This document shows, in pieces, positions 34,782-45,208 of a stretch of DNA of 64,000 nucleotides. The translations under genes and the position numbers were made by a program. Each line of letters opens with the position of its first letter. Within the stretch, counting starts at the first letter, position 1. The notes beneath the pieces are model-generated. The model made no database searches. It had not been told where the DNA came from and saw only the letters and a list, made by a program, of their open reading frames with translations. Origin of the DNA: an uncultured Chloroflexia bacterium (GTDB lineage: Bacteria; Chloroflexota; Limnocylindria; Limnocylindrales; CSP1-4); assembly GCA_963720825.1 (NCBI GenBank), contig CAVRGY010000012.1, positions 263 through 64,262 on the forward strand, written 5' to 3'.

Positions 34782-35363
34782 TTGACGCAACCCACGCCCA
34801 CCGGTCCCGCCGCCTCCCGCCCGATCGTCGTCGTCACCTCGGACGACGATCGATTTGCGGCCGCCCGGCGGCTGGGCGTGGAGCTCGCGCGCGATGCGGG
34901 TGCCGCACTGATCCTCTACCACTGGGATGCGGCAGCGGTCCTCGACTCCCCGCTGCCCACCTGGTGGTCGGCCGACGGCGAGGCGGAGCAGTTCGGGAGC
35001 CGGCTCGATGTCCCCCAGCTGGAGAAGGCCGGTCGGGCGCCACTCGCGCGCCAGGTCGGCGCCGCGCGCGAGCTCGGCGTGGACGCCTACGGCTGGCTTC
35101 CCTCGGAGCACGGCCCCGAGCCGCTCGCCCGGTACGCCGCCCGGCAGGGGGCTCAGACGATCGTCGTCCCGGGTTCGCTGGAGGAGGCTGGCGTCGTCGA
35201 GCACATCCTCAGCGGAACCGGCGACATCGTCGACGACCTCCGGCAGGCGACCCGGGTGGAGGTCGTCGTGGCGCCCGAGCGTCCGCCGGACACGGCAGAC
35301 GACGCCGGGACCGACACGGGACCCGCAGAGCAGGGCGCCGAGCGCAGGTCCGCGAGCCGCTGA
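34782..35363 (+). CDS. Universal stress protein (USP)-like protein
   Basis: PIVVVTS...ELARDAGAALILYH...LARYAARQGAQTIVVP, the USP alpha/beta pattern; TTG start after GGGAG. Confidence 0.65.
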   Translation: MTQPTPTGPAASRPIVVVTSDDDRFAAARRLGVELARDAGAALILYHWDAAAVLDSPLPTWWSADGEAEQFGSRLDVPQLEKAGRAPLARQVGAARELGVDAYGWLPSEHGPEPLARYAARQGAQTIVVPGSLEEAGVVEHILSGTGDIVDDLRQATRVEVVVAPERPPDTADDAGTDTGPAEQGAERRSASR

Positions 35364-35634
35364 GCGCCGCTTCCGATTTGGCAATGGCCGTCGGGTCCGG
35401 GCGCGCCCGAGGCAGGCGGTCGCGTAAGCGTGCGTGAAGTCACGACCGCTAGGGTTCGTCCTGCCCGTCGAACCACGCCGGCCCCGCCGACCCGTCGCTC
35501 CGTCGAGGCCCGACCGCCGGGGCCGGCGCCCCACCCGCCCGCCGTCCGTTGATGCCCGCCGCACGCAGGATCGGCCGGATCTCGTCGCGCCCAGGAAGCG
35601 CGGCTCGGCCGGATCGGAAGGAGACAACGAACCG

Positions 35635-36120
35635 ATGAACAGGGTCCTCCTCACCGGGCGCCTGACCCGCGACCCCGAGGTTCGCACGACCGCCGGCGGC
35701 AAGGCCGTCGCCCAGTTCTCCGTCGCGAGCCACGAGTACGTGTCGGGCAAGGAGAAGAGCGAGTTCCACAACGTCGTTGCATGGGATCGGCTGGCGGAGA
35801 CGTGCGGCCGGTACCTGGGCAAGGGCCAGCAGGTCGCCATCGAAGGCCGGATCCAGACCCGGACCTGGGATGACGACAAGGGTCAGCGGCACTGGAAGAC
35901 CGAGATCGTGGCGAGCAGCGTCGAGATGCTGTCCGGCCGTCGCAAGAAGGACTACGCGGCCGAGACGGCGGCCACGGCGCTCGAGGCGCAGGCCGTCGCC
36001 GCGGGCGTCGCTCCGGATGCCGGCGAGCCGATCGCGGACGACGCCGGCTTCAGCGTCACCCCCGGCGGCGACGAGGAGGACGAGGAGGACGAGCTCCTCG
36101 AGGAGGCCGTCGCGGCCTGA
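35635..36120 (+). CDS. ssb: Single-stranded DNA-binding protein (probably a secondary paralog)
   Basis: MNRVLLTGRLTRDPEVR, FHNVVAW, YLGKGQQVAIEGRIQTRTW, KTEIVA; acidic tail; AAGGAG RBS. Confidence 0.92.
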   Translation: MNRVLLTGRLTRDPEVRTTAGGKAVAQFSVASHEYVSGKEKSEFHNVVAWDRLAETCGRYLGKGQQVAIEGRIQTRTWDDDKGQRHWKTEIVASSVEMLSGRRKKDYAAETAATALEAQAVAAGVAPDAGEPIADDAGFSVTPGGDEEDEEDELLEEAVAA

Positions 36121-36221
36121 CCACCATCATTCCCGTTCCCCGACCGGTGGCGGCGCGGCACCCCCTCCCGCGCCGCTGCCGGCTCCCTCGCCAAGGCCGC
36201 CCAGCCACGGCACCTCGCTCG

Positions 36222-37200
36222 CTACCGGGCCGCCAGCAGCAGGGCGTCCGTTCGCTCGAGGCTGACGCCGTGTGCGGCGATGTCGCGGATCCAGTACGCG
36301 GCGCGCGCCCGATCCTCATCGCCCACGGCATCGTCGAGCGCACGCTCGGCGTAGTGCGCCACGAGGTTGCCGAGCATCGCGTACGCCATCGCGAACGAGC
36401 TGCGATCGCGCAGCTCGGCCGTCCCGCCACCGTCCCGGTAGCCTGCCAGGAACCGCGGCACCACGGCCGGATCGTCGATGAACACGTCGACGGTCATGGC
36501 GAGCTCCTGCTCGGCTGAGGCCGCTCCCCCGTTCTCCCAGTCGACCACCACGAGGCCCCCGCTGACATCGACCAGCACGTTGTCGGGATTGAAGTCGAGA
36601 TGACAGCGGATCCTGGGCTCGTGGCGGCCCGCGAGGATGAGTGATCGGGCCTCCACGAATGCCGTGGCCAGGTCGCAGAGGTCCGCTCCCCAGGCGACGC
36701 CGAGCAGCCTCGGCACCCGCCACCAGTGACGCCCATCGCTCCTCGTCAACCGGCGCCGTGAACCAGGGATCCGGCGGTCGTGCGTCCGGGTACGCAAGCG
36801 CGTGGAGCCGACCGAGGATCCGGCCCGCTGCCATCACGTCGGCGATCGCCTCGCGTCCCGCCAGGTCCACCCAGGTGTACGCCCGAACGACCAGATCGCG
36901 GTCGACCGCGGTCGCCCGCGCGAGGACCTGGCCGTCGCGAGTCGGGACCGGACGCGGCATCGGGACACCCGCCCCGATGGCTGCTTCCTGGAAGGCGACA
37001 TCATCGGCCGCCTCAGCCTCCGTCGGCGGCTCGAACAGCTCCTTGATCGCCCACGTGCCGGCGCTCGTGTCCAGCCGCCAGATCCGCCCGAGCTCTCCGC
37101 GTGCGGCGAAGACGGGCGGGCCGGTGGGGCGATCCAGCCCAAAGGCGTCCGAGATCGCCCGGGCGTCGGGCGGCGGCGGCGGCGATCCGGCGGGTTGCAT
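36222..37200 (-). CDS. Aminoglycoside phosphotransferase/choline kinase (APH) family protein (apparent +1 frameshift near 36703)
   Basis: ARGELGRIWRLDT...WAIK, GRILGRLHAL in one frame; CHLDFNPDNVL and VVVDWE in the next. Confidence 0.8.
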
Positions 37201-37318
37201 CGGCGAAGGGTACGTCACGCCGAGCGTGGGAGGCGGAGGTACCGCTGCACGGCCGCACGCCCGGGAGCCGCCGCCCGCGCGGCAGCTTGGTCCAGCGCGG
37301 CGGCCGGTGCCCTCAGCC

Positions 37319-38207
37319 CTATGGTTCCGGCCGCGGATCCGGGCGGGTTGCGTACAGCGCCCGCCGTGGGAGTCCGGTCTCGGCCGCAACCCGGCGGGCG
37401 GCCTCGCCCCGCGCGGCACCACCTTCCACGAGCCGCTCGACCTCGGCCCGGGCGGTCGCGATCACCGCGTCACGCGTCGCCCCGGACGTGCCGGGGCCGA
37501 CCGCCCCTGCGACCGCGCCGCTGGACCAGCCGACGACGATCACGACCTCGCCCCGCGCCGGGATCGTCCCGTCGCGCGCCGCGTCGACCAGCTCCCCGAG
37601 CGATCCCCGCACGACGGCCTCGTGGAGCTTGGTCAGCTCGCGGCAGACGGCGCCCGAACGCTGATCGCCGCAGGCGGCGGCCAGGTCGGCGAGCGTCGCG
37701 GCCGTGCGGCCCGGCGCCTCGAGGATCACGGCACCCCGCTCGTCGCCCGCGATCTGCTCCAGCCGGTCACGCCGCTCGCGGCCGCTCCGCGGCAGGAACC
37801 CCTCGAACGTCCAGCGCGGACCCGGCCACGCCACTTGAGGCGACGGCCGCAAGCACCGAGGACGCACCCGGAACCGCCACCACCGTGCCGCCGCGGGCCG
37901 CCCACGCCGCGACCAGGCTCTCGCCCGGATCGGACACCACCGGCGTTCCGGCATCGGTCACCAGGGCGAGATCGGCGCCGTTGGCAAGGTGCGCCAGCAG
38001 CTCCCGCTCGCGCGCCGGACCGCTCTTCGCGTGGTAGCTGGTGGTCCGCGTCCCGATCTCGTAGCGATCGAGCAGCCGGCGCGTGATCCGGGTGTCCTCG
38101 GCCGCGATCAGCGGCACTGCGCGCAGGATCTCGAGCGCGCGCAGCGTGACGTCGCCGAGGTTGCCGATCGGCGTCGCGACCACGTACAGCGTGCCGCCGG
38201 CAGCCAC
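37319..38207 (-). CDS. rsmI: 16S rRNA (cytidine1402-2'-O)-methyltransferase (apparent +1 frameshift near 37822)
   Basis: LYVVATPIGNLGDVT, AAEDTR, VTDAGTPVVSDPG, then FEGFLP, VCRELTKLHE, RGEVVIVV after an extra G in a G-run. Confidence 0.92.
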
Positions 38208-38209
38208 CG

Positions 38210-39109
38210 TCAGCTGCGTGCCGACCCGGGCCGGCGGCGCGGGTACAGGTAGTCCACGCCGGCCGTCCGCGGGCCGAGCTTCGCGATCGGCGGGACCTGG
38301 CGCTTGAACTCGGAGCCCGCGACCATGTGATCCACCCGCTCGACGAGCGCGCGATCGAACCCGAGCGCCACGACCTCGTCCACGCTCCGACGCTTGTCGA
38401 TCCGCCAGAACAGCAGCCGGTCGAGCTCCGGGTACGAGAAGCCCGCTTCGATCTCGTCCGTCTGGCCCGGCCACAGGTCAGCGGATGGCGCCTTCCGGAT
38501 GATCGCCTCCGGCAGCCCCATCGCGACCGCCAGCTGGCGGACCTGGCTCTTGTACAGGTCGCCGATGGGGTTGAACGCGCACGCCGAGTCCCCGAACAGC
38601 GTCGTGTATCCGATCAGCGACTCGGTCTTGTTGCTCGTGCCGACGACCAGCCCGCCCCAGGTGACGGATCGGTCATAGAGCACCGACATGCGCATCCGTG
38701 CCATCAGGTTGCCGCGACGCAGCGGGGCGGCGTCGAGGCCCTCGGGACCCGCCGCTCCCGCCTCGCCGTCGGCGCCGAAGTAGCCGTCCACCATCGGGCT
38801 GATATCGACCAGCTCGGAGGCGCAGCCGAGACGACGGACGATCTCCTCCGCGTCCGCCCGCGATGCCGGTGACGATGTGCGATACGGCATCAGCACGCAC
38901 AGCAGGCGCTCCGCGCCGATCGCGTCGGCGACCAGGTACGCGACGAGCCCGGAGTCGATCCCGCCCGACAGCCCCAGGACGGCCTGCTCGAACCCCGCCT
39001 GCCGGAGCTGGCCGCGGATGAACGCCGCGATGACGGTCCGTGCGACCCCGGTGTCGATCGCCAGCTCGTCCGGGAGCACGAACATCGGCCCGGGGGCCTC
39101 GCTCACCAT
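38210..39109 (-). CDS. nadE: NAD+ synthetase (synthetase domain only)
   Basis: LGLSGGIDS, NLMARMRM, GTSNKTE, GYTTLFGD, PIGDLYKSQV, KAPSADLWPGQTDE, SEFKR. Confidence 0.94.
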   Translation of the reverse strand: MVSEAPGPMFVLPDELAIDTGVARTVIAAFIRGQLRQAGFEQAVLGLSGGIDSGLVAYLVADAIGAERLLCVLMPYRTSSPASRADAEEIVRRLGCASELVDISPMVDGYFGADGEAGAAGPEGLDAAPLRRGNLMARMRMSVLYDRSVTWGGLVVGTSNKTESLIGYTTLFGDSACAFNPIGDLYKSQVRQLAVAMGLPEAIIRKAPSADLWPGQTDEIEAGFSYPELDRLLFWRIDKRRSVDEVVALGFDRALVERVDHMVAGSEFKRQVPPIAKLGPRTAGVDYLYPRRRPGSARS

Positions 39110-40095
39110 GGCGTCTCGAGGTCGGCGGGCACGGGTGCAACGCCGGCCGCCGCTCGCGCGGGTCGAACGCCCTCGGGCGGACCCGCCGATGCCGCGGGAT
39201 CGGCCTCGTCGCCGGTGGTGTCCGGCGCGAGCCCGGCCCGCTCGGCGATCAGCCTGCGCCATTCCCGGGCGACCAGCTCCGGTCGCTCGTCGCGGAGCAG
39301 CGGCAGCGTGATCCGCTCGCGCCGCACCTCGGCCAGGTCCACGTCCGCGTAGAACAGCCCCTCCTCGAACATGGGTGCCGAGAACACGACCGCGCCGTTT
39401 GGCCCGATGACCTCCGACCCGCCCCAGAACGAGAACGACTCGTCGACCCCGACGCGGTTGCAGAACACCACGAACGACGTCGTGAGCTGCGCATACGTCC
39501 GCATCAGCGTGCGCCACGATGTCGCGGTCCCCAGCCCGACCTCGTTGGATGCCGCCAGATCGCGACCAGGCGACGAGGACACGTTGACCAGGATCTGCGC
39601 GCCGTCGAGCGCCAGCAGCTGCGCCGTGGACAGATGCCAGAAGTCCTCGCACACCGCAAGCCCGAGGCCCACCCCCAGCTTCGAGGGCGCCGCGCGCAGC
39701 GCGTTGCCCGGCGCAAAGAACCGGCGCTCATCGAACAGCCCGTAGGTCGGCAGGTGGGCCTTGCGGTGAACATGCCGGATCTCGCCGTCCTCGACCAGCG
39801 CCGCCGCGATGAACAGGCGATGATCGCCCGACTCCTCGACGAACGAGACGATCGCCGAAGGGCCGTCGGCCGTGGCCGCAACCAGCGTCGCCAGCCGCGG
39901 GTCGTCGAGGCGCATCGCGACCTCGGCGGCGAGGTCCTGGAGCAGGTAGCCCGTGAGCCCCAGCTCCGGGAACACGACCAGCCCGGCGCCACCGGCGCGA
40001 GCGTCACGCACCAGGTCCCGGTGCTGCTCCAGGTTGGCGTCGAGATCCCCGAGGCGCGGGGCGATCTGGGCCAGGGCGATGCGGAGTGGCTGCAC
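39103..40095 (-). CDS. Nitrilase-family (carbon-nitrogen hydrolase) protein, probable glutaminase subunit of NAD synthetase
   Basis: IALAQ, VFPELGLTGY, HRKAHLPTYGLFDERRFF, VCEDFW, SSSP, NRVGVD (E-K-C triad); overlaps the nadE start. Confidence 0.88.
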   Translation of the reverse strand: MQPLRIALAQIAPRLGDLDANLEQHRDLVRDARAGGAGLVVFPELGLTGYLLQDLAAEVAMRLDDPRLATLVAATADGPSAIVSFVEESGDHRLFIAAALVEDGEIRHVHRKAHLPTYGLFDERRFFAPGNALRAAPSKLGVGLGLAVCEDFWHLSTAQLLALDGAQILVNVSSSPGRDLAASNEVGLGTATSWRTLMRTYAQLTTSFVVFCNRVGVDESFSFWGGSEVIGPNGAVVFSAPMFEEGLFYADVDLAEVRRERITLPLLRDERPELVAREWRRLIAERAGLAPDTTGDEADPAASAGPPEGVRPARAAAGVAPVPADLETPW

Positions 40096-40273
40096 GCAGC
40101 GAGTCTAAGTCACGCCGCATCGGGCCGGACCGACAGAAGTCCTCGGGTCCGGCCGCTCGCGGGCGCGGTCGGCGCACGGTGCTAGGCTGGTCGCCACGCC
40201 GAGACTCCCGGACGGCCGACCTTCGTCCGGCGCCACCGGCGTGTTCATCGAGTCAATCCGGAGGCAACCCCGC

Positions 40274-41989
40274 GTGTCCCGTGCGAGCCGCGCGCTGCCG
40301 GCTCTCCTGGTCGTCGCGGTCCTCGCCGGGGCGTGCACGACGGAACCCGAGCCGTCGGCGTCGTCGACGACCCGCATCGACGGCGCCTCGCCAACGCCGA
40401 CGGTGGCGGCCAGCGACAACCCGTTCTCGCCATCGAGCTGGCCTGCGGCCGGTTCTGCCTGCGATGGCCCCGGGTACACCGGCCGCCTCGGGCGGATCGA
40501 GGCGGTCAACGCGCTGACGGTCAGGTTCCGGCTGTGTGCCCCGGACGGATCGTTCCTTGCCCGGATCGCCAGCCCGGCGCTGGGGATCCTCGATTCGGCG
40601 ACCATCGAGCGGCTGGGCACGGATCCCGGCGCGGCCCGCTCGATCGCGGGCACCGGGCCCTACCGCATCGACCGCTGGGACGAAGGCGGCGACGCGGTCC
40701 TCGCCGCGGCGGCCGGGGACGGCGCAGCTCCCGGCTCGTTCACGCCCACCGTGATCCTTCGCTGGAATGCTGATCCGGCGCAGCGGGCGGCGGAGCTCAA
40801 GGCGGCCTCGGTCGACGGGATCGACGCACCCGGCCCTGCCCAGATCGGCGATCTCGACACACTGCCGGAGGTCGTGATGATCCCGCGGGCGGGCCTGTCG
40901 ACCGCGTACCTCGCGTTCGGCAGCGATCCCGCCTTCGACGACGTGCGTGTCCGGCAGGCGATCGCGGGCGCGATCGACCGCGACGCCCTCGTGGAGGCCG
41001 CGTTCCCCGCCGGCTCGACGGTCGCCACCCACCTCGCGCCGTGCCAGCTCGCCGGCGCCTGTCTCGGAGACGACTGGTACCCGTACAACGGACCCGCCGC
41101 CGCGGCGGATCTCGCGGCGACAGCCTTCGACCTCCGCGCGACGTATCCGCTCCACGTGCCCGACCGGCCCGTCCCCGGCCTTCCCGACCCGCGGGCCGTG
41201 GCGCTCGCGCTCCAGGCCGAGCTGCTCGACAGCCTCGGGATGTCGACGAAGATCGACGTGATGGATGCCGCGACGTGGGCCGCGCGGATCGCCGACGGCG
41301 GACTCGATGGCCTCTACCTGGGTGGCACGACCGATGGCGTCGTCGACGCGACCGATGCGATCGGCGCGGTGCTCGGGCCGGGCACCGCGGCCACCCCCGC
41401 GCGACGTGCCCCGACCGTGGCGACAACGCTGGCGTCGATCGCGGCGAGCGCGGACCCGGCGGCACGCCAGGCGGGGCTCAAGCAGGCAAATGACGCCATC
41501 CGGAGCGTGGTCCCCCTGATCCCCCTCGCGCATCCGGGCAGCGTCACCGCGTTCCGCTCGGACGTGACCGGCGTGGTCGCGTCACCGCTCGGGATCGATC
41601 CCCTGGGCTCGTTCACACCGGGCGACCGATCGCAGCTGGTGTTCATGCAGGCGACCGACCCTGGTGGCGCCTACTGCGCCGACGCGTCACCCGATGCATA
41701 CCGCGCCTGCTCGCTGATCACCGAGCCCCTGTACCGGTTTGCCCCGGGCACGATGGACGTCGTACCCGGGCTGGCGACACGGTGCACGGCCGGCAGCGAC
41801 GCGAGCGTGTGGACGTGCACGCTGCGCAAGGGGGTCACGTTCCAGGACGGAACGAAGCTCGATGCGGGTGACGTGCTCGCGACCTTCGTCGCCCAGTGGG
41901 ACAGGAACAGCGCGGTCCGTGGCGCGCGGAGCGCCGGCTCGTTCTCGGCCTGGGACGCCCTGTTCGGTGGCACCGCGGGGGGCGGCTGA
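40274..41989 (+). CDS. Family-5 (Opp/Dpp) ABC substrate-binding lipoprotein, circularly permuted
   Basis: Lipobox LAGAC; IEAVNALTVRFRL, GTGPYRI and FDDVRVRQAIAGAIDR come first; the normally N-terminal block PGLA...WTCTLRKGVTFQDGTKLDAGDV is at the C-terminus; GGAGG RBS before GTG 40274. Confidence 0.85.
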   Translation: MSRASRALPALLVVAVLAGACTTEPEPSASSTTRIDGASPTPTVAASDNPFSPSSWPAAGSACDGPGYTGRLGRIEAVNALTVRFRLCAPDGSFLARIASPALGILDSATIERLGTDPGAARSIAGTGPYRIDRWDEGGDAVLAAAAGDGAAPGSFTPTVILRWNADPAQRAAELKAASVDGIDAPGPAQIGDLDTLPEVVMIPRAGLSTAYLAFGSDPAFDDVRVRQAIAGAIDRDALVEAAFPAGSTVATHLAPCQLAGACLGDDWYPYNGPAAAADLAATAFDLRATYPLHVPDRPVPGLPDPRAVALALQAELLDSLGMSTKIDVMDAATWAARIADGGLDGLYLGGTTDGVVDATDAIGAVLGPGTAATPARRAPTVATTLASIAASADPAARQAGLKQANDAIRSVVPLIPLAHPGSVTAFRSDVTGVVASPLGIDPLGSFTPGDRSQLVFMQATDPGGAYCADASPDAYRACSLITEPLYRFAPGTMDVVPGLATRCTAGSDASVWTCTLRKGVTFQDGTKLDAGDVLATFVAQWDRNSAVRGARSAGSFSAWDALFGGTAGGG

Positions 41990-42038
41990 CCGCCCGACAG
42001 GATCTGCGCGGCCGAACCGCTCGTCACCGCCCGACGCG

Positions 42039-44133
<2,095 letters not shown>

Positions 44134-44134
<1 letters not shown>

Positions 44135-45126
44135 CAGGCGATCCTCACGCGCGGGTCGACGACCGCGTACAGCAGGTCGACGACCAGGTTCGCGACGATG
44201 ATGATCGTCGCCGTGAGCGTCGTGATCCCGACGATCACCGGCAGGTCCGAGGTGAGGACGGACGTGACCGCGAGCGAGCCGAGTCCCGGCAGGCTGAAGA
44301 TGTTCTCCGAGATGATGGCCCCGCCGAGCAGGTAGGCCAGGTCAAGGCCCGCAGCCGTGACGATCGGGGTGAGACCCGCCCGCAACGCGTGCTTGACCAC
44401 CACGGTGCGCTCCGGGAGGCCCTTTGCGCGCGCGGTCCGGACAAAGTCGTCGCCGAACACCTCGAGCACCTGGTTGCGCGTGAGCCGCATGTAGAACGCC
44501 GCGTTCAAGGTCGCGAGGACGATCCAGGGCAGGATCATCGTCTGCAGGAACTGGAACGGGTTGTCGAACGGAGACACGTACGACGGGAATGGCAACCAGC
44601 CGAGCTTGAGGATGATGAAGAAGATCAGCACCAGGCCGATGAAGAACGACGGCAGCGAGTAGCCGATCAGCGAGATCGTCATCACCAGCCGGTCCGGCCA
44701 CCGTCCATGGTTGAGCGCCGAGAAGATCCCCAGCGATATGCCACCGATGATCCACATCAGGAAGGCGCCGGTTGCGAGCCAGAACGTCACCGGGGCGGAC
44801 CGGGCGATCAGGGACGTCACCAGCTCGTGGCGGGTGAACGAATACCCAAGGCACGGAGCGGTGCAGTCGATCGGCTGGGGCGAGTCGGCGGAGTACACGC
44901 GACCCACGAAGATCCCGGTCACGAACTTCTCGTACTGGACCAGGATCGGCTCGTCGTAGCCCAGCCGGTGGCGGTTCGCCTCGATGATCGCCGGGCTGCA
45001 TGCCTTGCCGCAGGTCAGGCGAGCCGGGTCACCGGGCAGCAGGTTGAACAGGAAGAAGACGGTGATCGTCAGGAGGAACAGGAGCATGATCATGCCCAGC
45101 ACGCGGCGGATCAGGTAGGCCGTCAC
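44134..45126 (-). CDS. Oligopeptide/dipeptide ABC transporter permease (OppB/DppB)
   Basis: YLIRR, LPGDPA, DFVRTARAKGL, KHALR, ENIFSLPGLG, VDPRVR. Confidence 0.93.
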
Positions 45127-45156
45127 CCGCGAGTTCCTCCCTTAAGGCAAAAGGTG

Positions 45157-45190
45157 TCCCAGGGGAGCGGCGTTGCCGCCCCCCTGGGGA
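45157..45190 (-). terminator. Stem-loop between the binding-protein gene and oppB (attenuator or mRNA-stabilising hairpin)
   Basis: TCCCAGGGGAGCGGC-GTT-GCCGCCCCCCTGGGGA near-perfect stem, followed by CACCTTTT on the minus strand. Confidence 0.6.
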
Positions 45191-45208
45191 TTGTTACGAC
45201 TCGATGCC

